Counted from the first letter of the stretch, positions 13,614-27,322 are shown. The stretch: DNA of 64,000 bases from Eledone cirrhosa (GCA_964016885.1 OZ024743.1:353090001-353154000); one strand, 5' to 3'. Notes: a model not told the origin generated them from the sequence alone. Program-made: numbers and translations.

Positions 13614-13997
13614 TAACAGATTAAAGTTTAAGCGAAGAATCGCTGCTTTCACCCTTAACGGGATCTTCTGAAACTAAAAAAGTAAATATTTCAAAAAACG
13701 TTACACACTATATATATACACACACACACTATATATATATACATATATACACACACACACAGATAGTGTCATAATGTCGTAATGCAGACAGCCAGACATA
13801 CAGACAGATATTATGAAGGCACGACGTTATAGCTATCTAATGCGGTCCCTAAGCATTGAAAATTTGAAATATATTTTGCTCAAAACACTCACACGACCAT
13901 AAGTATTACATGTGCAAAGTTTGAAAAAAATCGGTTGGGTGGTTCTCGAGTTTTAGGGAGTCAGACAGACAGACAGACATTCTCTGTTTTAGATAGA

Positions 13998-14997
13998 CTA
14001 GCAGAAAACTACCCGGTGGGTGGTTTTCTGCTAACAAATCTAGTGTATATACTGATATTGTTGAGATTTGGATGAGAAATGTTTTCGGCACCACATGTTC
14101 ACCGTCTCTCGGTGTGTCTTTTATGCATGTATAAATATATATTTTATCTATACGGTGAAATCTTTGAAATAAATATATGTTAAAACGAAAAAGGAGAAAA
14201 TAAATAACTGGCGGTTAGAAAAATATATTCCTATGAAATTTTAATCATGCCATTAGGTGTGAATAAGGAAATATGTTTTTATTGTCAAAACAGATGTTCA
14301 AAAGTTAAACTTCAATTTTTTTTATTATTTCCAATTTTTTCATGAAATTGAACATTGGACATTGGCTGCTGGAAATGGAAATTAAATCGTATTTAATTGT
14401 ATTTAAATTTCTAACCTTATTTTATTATTTATATTTTTTCAATAAGAAATAAAAAAAAAACAACAAAAAAAATTGAAGAAAAAAATTGAACAAATCAAGC
14501 GTAGGTTATGGAACTGCGGAATCTGATTAATAAATTACCTCATCAGCAGCAACCTTCTTCAAATGGTCCTTATTATCAGCAGCAACAACCACAAATTCAA
14601 TGGCAACCTTCTTCAAACCACAAATTCAATGGCAACCTTCTTCGCATGGTGTCAAGTCAGAACCGCCTCGAACTGGTTACTTCTGGCTTGTGCAAGGTGT
14701 CTCTATAGCAACCAGCGATTCCCTCGGCCTCAGTGACTAAAGTCAGTGGAGAGGGGAAGGTAATGTTTCTATAGCGACAGTGTTTCTCTTGGTAGTACCA
14801 AAGTGGAGAAAGGAAGGGGAGGTAATATTTCTGTAGCACGTGTTTTAGCGTCTATTCACTCTCTCTCTCTCTCCCTCTCTCCCTCCCGCTATCCCCCTCT
14901 AGTAGTCTGTCTCTTTCTTTCACTCTCACTCTCTCTCTACGCACGTGTTTCCACTGTCGGACAGACAGACAGAGAAATTGATGGTTATATATATAAG
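13998..14997 (-). mobile_element. Helitron-like non-autonomous element, with related 5' ends at ~13905-13997 and ~15320-15375
   Basis: 3' hairpin plus CTAG at 13998. The 5' end reads tatatatataacc...(tctg)n, typical of microsatellite-bearing Helitron/DINE-like heads. Confidence 0.45.
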
Positions 14998-15983
14998 TAG
15001 ATTTGAACTCAGACCGTAAAGGGACGTAACTCCATGCTATGAAGCATGGTGTCCGACTCTCTACAGATTCTGCCAATCCACCGCCCTAATGGCTGTACGT
15101 AATGAGGGAGTGAGAGGGGAGAGAAAGAAAGGCAGAGGTGAAGTGACGAAGTGACTCTCTCCTCCTCCTCCTCCTCCTCCTCCTCCTCCATCTCCCCATT
15201 CGTCACAGCGATAGAGGGGAGGAATGTTAGTGTGTTACAAAGAGAAAGAGTGAGAGAAACAGACAGACTAAAAGAGAGGGATAGCTGGAGAGAGAGAGAG
15301 AGATAATAACCACGCACGCACGTTTTTCCACTGTCGGACAGACAGACAGAGAAATTGCTGGTTATATATTATAAGGAGATATATATAATCCCCGCCGACA
15401 TTTCCAAGTATCTGTGTGCTTCTTGGCTTTGGAATATCAAGTTCCTTTAATGGTTCATCCACTTTTTAATGTAAATACAGATGATCTGTTTTTCTCTGTT
15501 TTATCTTTTTCTATGTGGAGCTTTGTATCAGTTATCTATCTAAAAGTTCCATGTTTGTTTTTTCTGGATATTTGGATTATTTTAAATAAACGTGATGGCG
15601 GCTTAGTGGGCTTAGTGAGATAGATGATTTAATGTGCCTTACCTTTTTTTTAAATTATGTAACTACTTGTGACTACATCTCGAAGTTTACTCAGGAATGC
15701 AAGAACTATAGAAAAACGCCAGTGAAATAAAACAACTCCATAGAAAAATATATTGTTAAATTCTGTTGTTGTTTTTCTTATTTTTCCTTGTTTTTGTTGT
15801 TGTTTTTTTTTTTTTTTTGGGGGGGGGGGGGGGGGGGGCTGATTCAGGTGATGTTCATTATTCTGTACTGATGATTTCTCCAGACCTGTCAACTCTCCTC
15901 GTCCGACGGGGAGATCTCTTACCCACTTTGCGGTGGGTGAGAGATGTCTTCTCTTGTGAAAATGGGTATAGCTTTCATTATGT

Positions 15984-16166
15984 GGTCGATTGGCAGTATC
16001 GGTAGAGGGTCGGATGCCATGCTTTGACGCATAGAGTTACGGCCCTTGCCATTCTGAGTTCAAATCCCGTCGAGGTTAACTTTGCCTTTCATCCTTACGG
16101 GGTCGATAAAATAAAGTACCAGTAATACACTGGGTAATTGCTGGCCTTGTGCCAAAAGTAGAAACA
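15984..16166 (+). mobile_element. tRNA-derived SINE with target-site duplication ATTATGT
   Basis: attatgt at 15977-15983 and 16167-16173. An empty-site copy of the host repeat lies at ~19885-20035 on the minus strand. Confidence 0.85.
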
Positions 16167-18391
16167 ATTATGTAAAATCTCTACATTTTGCCTCATTTCT
16201 CCCCGTTTTGGGGTACTTTTTTTCATGGTACTCCAGGTCTGTTTCTGCTATTCTTTGCTCAATATTATAGATGAGTTCAAACGAAGTACCTGATTTGCTA
16301 CTAGGCCTCATCCCTTTACATTTTAACTTATTAAATACAATCACAAATTCTATTCTGATAGTTTCTTCACTCGCACATTTCGCCTATGGAATTCTCTTTC
16401 GGCTTATTGTTTTCTTGACCACTACAATTTGCAAAAATCCAACAGTAACATCAATCGTCATCTCTATCCTTGAATTATGTTCTCTCTGTCTTGTCCTTCT
16501 CAATAATCTCTTGCATGTTATTGGCTTTATTGTCTTGCTTAGAGAAACATTAATATCCAGTCATGCTTTAAATTGTTGTACATTTATTTAAATCAATCTA
16601 TGATGTCACTAGTTAAATTAGTGTTAACATATTTAATGCAATGAGCATTAAAACGATAATTTAAAATTATTAGGTGATGAAGAAGACACAATTTTAGTCA
16701 GTGACTAGTATTATTAGTAGGTATTACGGTGAGTATATGCTGCGATGAGGTCTTATAAGACCGAAACATTCTTGGTGTTGTTTCCCGTACTTTTCATTTT
16801 AAATAATTGTCTTTTCTATACAGCATAATTATTTCTAATTAGCTTTTTAATTGTTTTTAACAATTTTTTTTATACGAATAGTACCTCTGAGTAATATATT
16901 CTCTAAAATATGCTAATTTTCTACGTCAACTAATGTCTAATATTATATACTTGATGATTCTGTTATCTCTATTTCGACAAATACGCTGAAAATGATGCTC
17001 TAATGCGGCTTAATAAGACAGAAACATGACCGGAGTTGTTTTCCGTAGATATCGGAATAATTAAAACATTAGTGACTAACTATTATCGTCTTTTTTTCAC
17101 TATATAATTAGTTCTAAATACTTTTTGCATTGATCACACTATTGCTAATTTCCTTTTCCTCTTTCGGGATGATTATCTCTGAAATCGATTCTTTAATCGA
17201 TAGGTTCCCTAACTACAACCGGTCTACTACTTCCCTGGTATAAACTGGCATCCATCTAAAGATGTAAAACTTCTTTTCCCTGTAATTTTGATCAGTATTT
17301 TATATATTGTTTGGAAGAATTGTAATGAGTCTGTCATTACCAAGAACATTTATTTCATTTAGTTTTGGTCCCAGCATCGAACGTGGCAGCCAGGGGTTTT
17401 AGTGGGATATTATGCAAATATACATGCATGTAGATATGATACATCAAATAAAATCGTAATGGAGAATATGCACAGAAATTGAAGAGAGACTGTGTTACAC
17501 TGTCTTCTGTAATCAGTAAAGTAATCCATGATACATTAAAACAAGACGATATTATATATAAACTGCATTAGGAGAAAATTAGCGACGGAATTATAAACCT
17601 TATATAACGATGCAAGTATATGAACATTTATATAAGCGATGTAATAAGTGTTATAATATAATGAATGCTAACCGGAAGTGTTGACATTTGAAAATTTTAA
17701 AGAAGTGATCTTGAAATAAGCAATAAAATTATATTTAATCAAGAGTTACGAAATTTAGTACATAAATTATGTAATATTCATTCATTATTTATTCAAAGTA
17801 ATCCAACTTATTTTACTAACGAGATAAAAAATATATTCATGGCGCTGTCCCGCACTCCTCCCTTTATTATATTATGATTGTTTAAGTTAATCAGGGATTT
17901 TAGTGGTAGTGTTTATTACTGTTTCATGATTCCGTAAAGTGTACAGTATTTTTTCAAACGACTTGGACCTTGTCGATCTCTAGGAATTTTCGGGGTGGGG
18001 GCGTTAGTTAGTGATATTTTAATGTATTCTGATTTTATTTATGTACATTGTACAAGAAGATATCATTGTTTTGTCCCTGGCTCTCTATGATCTGGTAGGC
18101 ATATGTGTTGTTCTATTTCTATAACTTAATATTTTTTTTCTAATTTCTCCCTTTGCGATGTCTTTATTTTTAGATATTTCCTAAATTATTTTCTAGTTTC
18201 AATTCTTGTCAGCGGTCAGTAATTGTGAGTCAAATTTTTTTGTTTCTGGTCCTACTGAAACAGTAGGAGAAGAGACCAGAATATGATTTTAATTCAAATT
18301 CAAATCTACGCAGTTGAAACTTCAAATCTATGCATTAAATGACAGAAATGTTATAGCCTGACGCTATAGCCTGACGTCCAAATACGTCATA

Positions 18392-19294
18392 TCTCTATAT
18401 ATAAAAATGAGGTTGCCTGTCTGTCTGTCTACTAAAACGGTCGGCACACATCTCCTCCTAAACCGTACGTTCGAATTTCGGTGAAATTGCTACACTTATA
18501 GATGAAGGTCCGGCGGAGACATCGGTCAAAAAAATTTCAAATCGATCCACGCTAAGTGCAAAAATCAAATTTGTAATGTATTGATTTTTCAGTTCAAATG
18601 TATAAATAGAGATGAGAGACGAGTTATTTCCGTTTATGGCGTCATTCTGTTTACCTATTTACGTTACGAATATACGACGCGTGCAAAGGTACAAAAATAG
18701 GCGAACAGTTTTCGGACCAGCAAAATTTTAACCTGAGTTCGAAGTTTCAACATTAAGCTTCCATTTTGCTTCATTTCCATTAAAAAGTCTTTTAAAACAA
18801 TATTTTTACTTGAAAACAAGCCTATTTGAATACACCGTAACACAAGCAAATATTTTGTAAAAAAAACATTGATCTATATATATAATCTCGAATAAAGCCT
18901 TATGAGATTTTCATTTAGAAGCAACGATTTTAAACGACAGATAGATAACGCATTTTTTTTTTTTTTTTAATGTCCATCCAATTTCTTTGTTTCAAAATAA
19001 CTGATAGTTTGGTTACGCTGATGGTTTTCTCTGAGACAAGTGTTGCAGTGTTTACATTTTCGATTACATTTGCAGTTTTTATGCCCAGCATCCTCTTTTG
19101 TTTTAACATTCAGGTTATGGTTATGTTTTCTTAACTTCATAAGGCATACTGTTGGTTGAGGGAATATTAATCAAAAGTACCACATGAAAGTCTACACTGT
19201 AGACTCTACAGTTTTTAAGCCAAGAAAGGAACTAACATTGTAACTTTAACACAGTTACTGAGCAGCCCCGAGCAACGCCGGGCTTTACTGCTAG
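18392..19294 (+). mobile_element. Non-autonomous Helitron
   Basis: Starts a|TCTCTATATATAAAA with a (ctgt)n tract. Ends with the hairpin cccgagcaacgccggg plus CTAG|t. Inserted between A and T, no target duplication. Confidence 0.75.
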
Positions 19295-19683
19295 TCAAAT
19301 ATACAAATGACTGTTCCCATTGATTTCGTAATAAAACAACGAAAAACTTTTTACAGCCCTTTTGAAACCGTATTTCTAATGAAAGTCATTGCCAGTGATT
19401 TTCAAATAAATTTGAAAATAATCAGGAATTTGGAGGATTTTAGTAATATAACTTTCTCATTATCAAGATGGTGTTTGGAACATAACTTAAATAAGGTTCT
19501 TATATAAAATTATTGTGGAAGGGTTTTACATAAATATAAAGAACTTAAAACAAAGTTTGTACCGTAGAACTAGGAGCAGTCTAGGGAGGTTTGGTAACAA
19601 AAGAGTTAAATAAAGAAAATATGTTTATAATTTATAAACAGAGTCAGAAAAACAGGTAACAGACATGCACACTAAGTTACCCT

Positions 19684-19870
19684 CTACGACAACAGTGAAT
19701 GTTGGTGTTGCGCTAAAAATGTTTTAAGGCAAGCTAAGACACTCACAGCATTACCGTGGCTCAGGTGCTGGAAAAGCCAACCACATTTATGAGCATCATC
19801 TGATACTTCAGTAAGGCGAACCGTTGACAAAGACAAAAGCTTCATTAACAGTGCAGACCTACCATCCTCT
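19684..19870 (-). mobile_element. CRE-like non-LTR element C-terminal remnant
   Basis: VRLTEVSDDAHKCGWLFQHLSHGNAVSVLAC resembles the CRE-clade C-terminal motif RL..GD.R..FL.QRLS.A.QRGNA.SVL. Confidence 0.5.
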
Positions 19871-20159
19871 AAAAACCCAAACGGGGAGTACCATGAAAAA
19901 AAGGGCCCCAAAATGGCGAGAAATGAGGCAAAATGGATAGATTTTACATAATGAAAGCTATACCCATTTTCTCAAGAGAAGACATCTCTTTGGGGTCGGA
20001 GATCTCCCCGTCTGACGGGGAGAGTCGACATGTCTGACAGTGGTCTAACTCCCCCGAATATCTCGAATACTATCTCCAACTTTTCTCCGGTGGGAGAAAA
20101 GTACCTAATAATCCAATAATCTCTGAAACCACAAACAATTATTATAACAAACTCATCAA

Positions 20160-20720
20160 ACACTGCCAATACTCTGTCATGGCAGTATCGGTAGAGGGTC
20201 GGACGCCATGCTTTGAAGCATAGAATTACGGCCCTTGCCATTTTGAGTTCAAATCCCGCCCAGGTTAACTTTGCCTTTCGTCCTTACGGGGTCGATAAAA
20301 TAAAGTACCAGTAATGCACTGAGTGATTGCTGGCCTTGTTCCAAAAGTAGAAAAAAGTATATTATATTCATTATATAATTGTTTCTACTTTTGGCATAAG
20401 GCCAGCAAATACCCAGTGCATTACTGGTACTTTATTTTATCGACCCCGTAAGGATGAAAGGCAAAGTTAACCTCGACGGGATGTATATATTCATTATATA
20501 ATGGTAATGGATTGGCAGTGTCGGTAGAGCGTCAGACACCATGCTTTGCAGCATCGAGTTATGGCCTTTTACGTTCTGAGTTCAAATCTCACCGAGGTTA
20601 GCTTTGCCTTTCATCTTTATGGGGTCGAGAAAATAGAGCACCAGTAACGCACTGGGGTCGATTTAATTGATTTCCCCATCCCTTTCAAATTGCTGGCTTT
20701 GTGGTTATATCAGAAACCAC
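20160..20720. mobile_element. Cluster of three tRNA-derived SINE copies (+, -, +)
   Basis: SINE core at ~20245-20350 (+), ~20375-20482 (-) and ~20505-20720 (+). Confidence 0.8.
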
Positions 20721-21999
20721 TATACATGAAATTCCGTTATAACGAAAAATTCTTTATAACGAGATCGTCCTCCCACATCAAGCGTGTAGCCGGGGATTGA
20801 AAAAAAATTCATTATACTGAAAAATTCGTTATAACAGAATTGTACCTGTATTTATTTTTGATTTAACTCATGGCTTATGCAAGCGTAAACTAAATACTCA
20901 GCTTTGCTCCGCTATTCTAACACGGAGACCTGCGTACAATAACTCTCTTGATCTGAAATTAACATTTGAGACTAGCTATTGTAAAAATCCATTGAACTCG
21001 AATTGTTTAGTTTTAAATAGAGAACCGCTGACTACAACGTAGATACCACAAGATATAAATTTCAACATACACACATTCACACACAAATGGAAAACTTAAA
21101 ACAAACAACTAATTTGTTCATATCAGTTCAGAGGTAAAAATAGTGTTAAAATGCTTGAACTTCTTCTGACCTGTACCTATTGAATCTATTTATAGATTGC
21201 ATAAGTAATTTCACAGATATTAACTGTTAATATAGACTACCTGCCATCCGCCCCACTCTGCTTGACATAGTGTATAGTTTTCACTATCTTGCGGATTCGT
21301 TCTATTGTTATTCTTTTTATTACTGTTGAAACTTTCATCATCATATGATCGTGGTGATGGTGGTGATGTGGTGATGGTAGTGGTGGTGGTGGTGGTGGTG
21401 GTGATGGTAGTTATGACAGAATCAGTAGAGCTCTACACAAAATGCCAGTTAGATCCTCTTACGTTGGAAATTGAAGTTGACTTAACCTTTCATCCTTCCC
21501 AGAATCGATCAAATAAGTTCAAATCAAGTAATGGGTTGATTAAATTGGTTACGAAAAAATCAATTGCGGCTCTTTACAATCTGAGTCAAAATTTGCGAAG
21601 CTCAACTTGACCTTTCATCCTTCCGAGGACGATAAAATAAAGTTTTAGTCAATTACTGACTGGGATCGACTGTTCCCTATCTCCAAAATGTCTGACCTCA
21701 ATATTAAGTTCTCATAGATATTACGAAGATGTACTGGAGAATTCTTGGTTTAAGCTACTCCCCAAAGCAAGCACCCGCCTTTATGAATTTCTTTTGTAGA
21801 TGAGAATCATAAATGACAATTCACACACACAGCCGAATATTACTGATGCTTGTTTCATGAATACTGCAAGAATGAAAGACATAGTCGACTCCAACAGAAT
21901 TTAAACACACACATTTGCTATTTATGTCAACTAATTTTGTTAAAGACTGGATCCTTAGATTCGATTGAGCTATATTTCGAGCAATAAATACTTTTATTT

Positions 22000-22549
22000 C
22001 TATTCAAACGTTACTTCAGCTGCGGTTAAATCTCGCAGGAGTAAAACAGGGATCTTTATTGTTGTCAGCTCTGACTGAGCAGACCTTTGATCAAAGACAT
22101 TTGAATCATAACATTTACATATTTTATTTGTTTTGTTTTTCAGGCATAGTGTTTTCAAGTCTACGTTCTCAAATGTGTGCTTTTTAAAGATTCTTAAGGT
22201 GTTGTTCATGAGCGATTGGGCTGCTATATCTAGAACTCTTTAGCTGACTTGAATAAATATCAAAGATGTTTTGCTCACCCATACAATGAATGTTCGACAA
22301 ATCATGGACAAAGGTAAAATTACGAGTACACGTTATAAGCTGCTCAAGAGCGCTAAAAACCAAGAGGCTCAATTGCTGTGAACTCAACAGCCACAAGTCC
22401 ACCCTACTCTTTGTATTTTCTGGGTTTAAAAAAATTAAATAAACACTTAGACAAGTATTTTTTTTACCATGACCTTTAATTCCACAGAGCTTTAATTCCA
22501 CATTGATTGTCTCAGAAAGCCTTTCATTTGATGTTCTTTGCAGTAGATC
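22000..22549 (-). mobile_element. Decayed RTE-type LINE RT, 3' part, interrupted by the Gypsy element
   Basis: HTFENVDL...CYDSNVFDQRSAQSELTTIKIPVLLLRDL resembles RTE RTDGKLFNLRRL..KTKV....RDLLFADD. The FIDL-like motif spans the GATC insertion site. Confidence 0.5.
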
Positions 22550-22984
22550 TGTAGCGAAAGAAATGCTCCCGCGGTTCCTCTCATTGACTTGGCCAATAAA
22601 AATCGACCTTCGACCATACTTAGAGAAAAACACATGAAGAATCCGGATGCTAGCTTTAACGACGCCAAGGAAGGAGAAGATAACGGAAGGCCATAGGTCA
22701 ATATAAATAGGCTGTCCTGAAATCAGGGGACAGAGAGAATTTTCTATTACCAAAAGAAAACGTCACCTACTCTTGTTACTGGGCTTTGACTACTACCTTG
22801 CTGCTACGACTAACGAACGCTAGCTTGCTACTCTCTATTTCAACATAACAAAATAACGTTTATGATTTGTAGTAATCTTATTCTTTGTTCCTTTATTCAC
22901 TGAAGTGAAGTAAATTTTATATTTAAACGAAACCATTTATTTTGTGTTATTTCACCTCTAACAACACTTATTAACTTCGCTTAA
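22550..22984 (+). repeat. 5' LTR
   Basis: Begins TGTAGCG and aligns with 26865-27318, with scattered substitutions and indels. Confidence 0.9.
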
Positions 22985-22987
22985 ATC

Positions 22988-23029
22988 GGGTGACATCCCG
23001 ACGTGATTCGAACACGCAGCTTTCTGATC
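22988..23029 (+). promoter_or_regulatory. Extended primer-binding site complementary to the 3' half of tRNA-Trp
   Basis: gggtgacatcccgacgtgattcgaacacgcagctttctgatc versus the recalled reverse complement of metazoan tRNA-Trp, TGGTGACCCCGACGTGATTTGAACACGCAACCTTCTGATC. Confidence 0.8.
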
Positions 23030-23058
23030 AATCGATATTTACCAAGCTTCGTTGCAAT

Positions 23059-23947
23059 ATGGAACAATCACCAGCATCATCGTCCTTACAAGCAGCAATA
23101 TCCCTGCGGATACCGACATTCTGGCCTCATGATCCTACCATTAGGTTCAGATACATCGAGGCCCAATTTGAAACACCATATTTCGGCAGACAGGACCAAA
23201 ATTTCCCACGTTGTCGGGGCGCTTCCTCCTGAGAGCTTGCAGCAGACTCGGTATTTGCTTACAGCACCATCAGGCACATATTCATATGCCACATTTAGGT
23301 CTGAGCTCGTAAAGCGGACATCCGTCTCTCAGCAGCAACGGATTAATCAGCTGCTTTATTCAGAGGAGTTAGGCGATAAGAAACCGTCACAGTTCCTAAG
23401 AGAGTTATAGCAACTGTTGGGAGAGAACACCATGGAGCCGGCCATCTTAAAACAACTTTTCTTACAAAGGCTGCCGCCTGTCACTCGTAGTGTTTTGGCG
23501 GCCAGTGAAGTATCCACCCCAATCGAGAAGCTGGCGGATTCAGCCGATAGAATAATGGAGGTAGCAGCGCCACTGTCATTTGTGACCCAGGAGATACATA
23601 CACATCCATTAGTAAGCTCTTTTTCTTCCCCCTTTTCTTCCTCATTTTCTCCTTCTCCTTCCTCGTCTTCTGTTTCGGAGGTGGCAGCTCTCGAGGCTCG
23701 GGTAGAAAAACAGGACGAATAACTGAACGCTCTTATGGCTAAACTGCAGCTACAACCACGCAGCAACGCCAGCTTATCTCGGCGTGCTTTCCATCAGCGC
23801 CCGCGAGACCCGAGTCGTACTCGGGCGACCGATCCCATATGCTATTACCACCGTAAATTCGGCGAAAAGGGCCGTAAATGCCTATTGCCCTGTTCTTTTA
23901 GGAGGGACTCCCGCTATCTTCCGGGAAACGACGTGGCCAGGCAGTAA
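23059..23947 (+). pseudogene. gag: Gypsy gag (frameshift and stops)
   Basis: LRIPTFWPHDP...IEAQF, ELGDKKPSQFLREL, QLFLQRLP, and the zinc knuckle-like CYYHRKFGEKGRKCLLPC. Confidence 0.88.
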
Positions 23948-26545
23948 TGGCGGCAACTACACTTGGCTCTTCCAAACTTAACCGCTTGTTCCACATTAGC
24001 GACCGATCAACTGGTGTTCGTTTTCTGGTGGACACCGGAATGGAGGTTAGCGTTATACCATCATTTCTGGTGCCAGACAGTAGGAAACCCACAGCAGTCC
24101 TTCTCAAGGCGGTTGACCATACTGATATACAGACATGTGGGGAAAAGTCCTTAACCCTTGATCTTGGGCTCCACCGAGTTTTCCAGTGGGTTTTTGTCAT
24201 CGCCAAGTTACCGATTCCGATCCTAGGACCGGATTCTTACACCATTTCGGTTTCCTGGTGGACGTTAAACACAACAGACAGATTGATTCCACCACGGGCT
24301 TCAATGTTTGCGGTATCAGCACCCTCCCTTAGCCCAGTTTTTTAACTCAGTGCAATCCGGCAGATATGACACTATCCTACGCAGGTACCCTGACATCTCA
24401 CACCCGATTTTTAACAGTCGACCGGTGAACCACAGTGTTATGCATCATATCGCGACTAAGGGCCCTCCAGTTTCTTCTAAACGACGGTGACTCGCTCCTG
24501 ACCGAGCTAAGATTGCTAAAGCAGAGTTCGATCATATGCTAGACATTCATATGCTAGACATTCGATCATATGCTGGGCATTGTTCGTCCATCCAGTAGAA
24601 GTTGGTCTTCCCCCTTTCACGTGGTTCCCAAGAAATCTATGGGTGACTGGGGACTATCGGTTTCTTAACACACACACAAAACCCGATAAGTATCCGGTGC
24701 TTCACATACAAGATTTCTCTGCTACCCTACATGGAGCTAGGATCTTTTCGAAAATTGACCTCGTGCAGGCGTACAACCAGATTCCTATTGAACCTGATGT
24801 CATTCCGAAAACAGCCATTACAACTCCTTTCGGCCTCTTCGAGTTTCTTAAAATGACATTCGGTTTACGCAATGCTGCATCGACCTTCCAGCGTTTCATT
24901 GACACTAGTATGTGGTTTACCCTGCGACTACGCGTTTATTGATGATATGCTGGTAGTCAGCACATCCCATGAGGAACACGAAAGGCACCTACAACTGCTT
25001 TTCGAGCGTTTTTCTCAGTTTGATGTCATCATCAACCCCAGCAAATGCCTTTTCGGTGTTTCTTCCCTTGATTTTATTGGACACCACATCGACAAACAAT
25101 GTGTAGACGATGTGTGGCAGCCAATTTCTTTCTTCTCTATGCGAAACAAAGTACAGCACATTCGGTCGGGAACTTTTGGCAGCGTACCTCAGTGTGAGAC
25201 ATTTCCGGCACATGTTAGAAGGTTTTGTGTTTTCCATTTACACGGACCATAAACTTCTCACGTACGCTCTATATTCCAAGCCTGGCCACCACTCACCTAG
25301 AGAAGTGCATCAACTACGGATATTCGCCACATTAAAGGTTCAGACAACTCTGCAGCCGACGCCCTTTCTCGCGCTCACTTGGGTGCACTGCACACCTCTT
25401 TATCAATCAGCCTCCGAAACATTGCCGCCGCTCAACAGACGGATGGGGAGCTTCTCAAACTCCGAAATTCTCCATCTTCTTCTTCCTTGTCTTTCAAACT
25501 CCTCCCTCTACCTTTTTCTTCTAGTGGTATTTGGTGTGATGTGTCTACGAGTCACGCGCACCGTTATGTACCACTACAGTATCGACGTTCGGGTTTTTTC
25601 TGCGCTGCACAACCTATCGTTTCCTGGTGCCAACTCTACCCTGAAGTTAATAACAGCTCGGTTTGTCTGGGTTGGTGTGAACAAGGATGTCAGGGAATGG
25701 GCCAGACGTTGAATCCAGTGTCTGAAGGCAAAAAATCACCATCGTGTCAGAACTCCTCTGGGAACCTTCGCAGCACCGGATGCACGTCTCCAACACGTAC
25801 ACATTGACATCGTCGGACCACTGTCTCCTTCCCAGGGTTGCACTTACCTGTTAACTTGTGTGGATAGATTCTCCCGGTGGCCTGAGGCCATTCCTCTTTC
25901 TGACACCACAACCGAATCTATTGCCAAGCTAGTACAGCATTGGATTTCGCGTTATAGCCCACCTTCTACCATCACAACGGACAGAAGCAGCCAGTTCGAA
26001 TCAAACCTTTTTAAAGAATTGACACGCCTCCTAGGCTGTAGTCGAACACGTACAACAGCCTATCACCCTGCAGCTAATGGTATGGTGGAACGTTTCCATC
26101 GGCAATTAAAATCGGCTCTCAGAGCCTATGTCAATAACAGCAACTGGTTGGAGATCTTACTTCTCATCCTTCTTGGAATTTGCTCCACCGTAAAATGACT
26201 TTTACGCCAGCTGAGCTGGTTTATGGCACGACATTGGTATTACCCGGGCAAATGATTGCCCCTGAGTCTAAATACCCCGCAGATCCAATGAACTATATCC
26301 ATCGCCTGCAGACCTACATGGCAAACCTGCCATTCGTTGCTCCTCGCCCTCAAAGCATCTCTACGCAAGTTCCATCTGACATACAGCAATGAACACACGC
26401 TTTTGTCAGAAAGGACACTATCAGGGCTCCTTTGAAACCACCATACTCGGGGCCCTACCAAATACTCAAAAAGACACCCAAGCATTTCATTTTGGACATT
26501 AATGGAAAGAGGGATGCTGTCAGTGCCGACCGGCTAAAAAAGCTC
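23947..26545 (+). pseudogene. pol: Gypsy pol (protease, RT, RNase H, integrase), fragmented
   Basis: [96 protein letters not shown]. Frameshifts, plus a deletion between RT and RNase H. Confidence 0.93.
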
Positions 26546-26864
26546 ATGTGGATTTGGTTGAACCCTCACCATCAGACCAAGTTAACCCAACATCAGTGCT
26601 CCCATCCACCGGCAATCCGAACTCTATGCCAACAACAAGCACTAGACCCGGTCAACGTGTGTACTGGCCATCTCGCTATGTCCAATATGTCAAGTAACAT
26701 TCCTCATCTCATCTATAATTTGTTCATTATCATTTAATTATTTATTTATCTTATCATTTTTACGTTATTTTTTTGTTATTTTTTGTTTGTTTGTCTTTCC
26801 CTTTTTTTAGGTAACTTTTCGATTATCGATCGCTACTCCTATTTCGATCTAGGTGTAGAACTAA

Positions 26865-27318
26865 TGTAGCGTAAGAAATTCTCCCGCGGTTCCTCTCACT
26901 GACTTGGCCAATAAAAATCGACCTTCGACCATACATAGAGAAAAACACATAAAGAATCCGGTTGCTAGCTTTAACGACGCCAAGGAAGGAGAAGATAACG
27001 GGAGGCCATAGGTCAATATAAATAGGCTGTCCTGAAATCAGGGGACAGAGAGAATTTTCTATTACCAAAAGAAAACGTCACCTACTCTTGTCACTGGGCT
27101 TTGACTACTACCTTGCTGCTACGACTAACAAACTATCTCTTGCTACTCTCTATTTCAACATAAGAAAATAACTGCAAAAACATCGTCAACCTTTATGATT
27201 TGTAGTAATCTTATTCTTTGTTCCTTTATTCATTGAAGTGAAGTAAATTTAGACGAAACTATTTATTTTGTCGTGTTATTTCACCTCTAATAACACTTAC
27301 TAACTTCGCTTCACTTCA
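26865..27318 (+). repeat. 3' LTR
   Basis: TGTAGCG...CACTTCA followed by the GATC target duplication. Confidence 0.92.
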
Positions 27319-27322
27319 GATC

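Larger units (their letters stand above)
22550..27318 (+). mobile_element. Ty3/Gypsy LTR retrotransposon, full length, degenerate
   Basis: TG...CA termini, LTRs at 22550-~22984 and 26865-27318, target duplication GATC (22546-22549 and 27319-27322), domain order gag-PR-RT-RH-IN. Confidence 0.95.

Noticed and set aside
13630-13675. Minus-strand CAGAAGA-hairpin-GAAA
   Set aside because: The core is mutated and there is no stem I pairing.
16738-16790. gcgatga-ggtc ttataa gacc-GAAAc hammerhead-like segment, with a decayed repeat at ~17000
   Set aside because: The core lacks CUGA and stems I and III are unconvincing. At most a dead relic.
22184-22753. 189-aa minus-strand ORF
   Set aside because: A chimeric reading across the LTR antisense strand and decayed LINE sequence.
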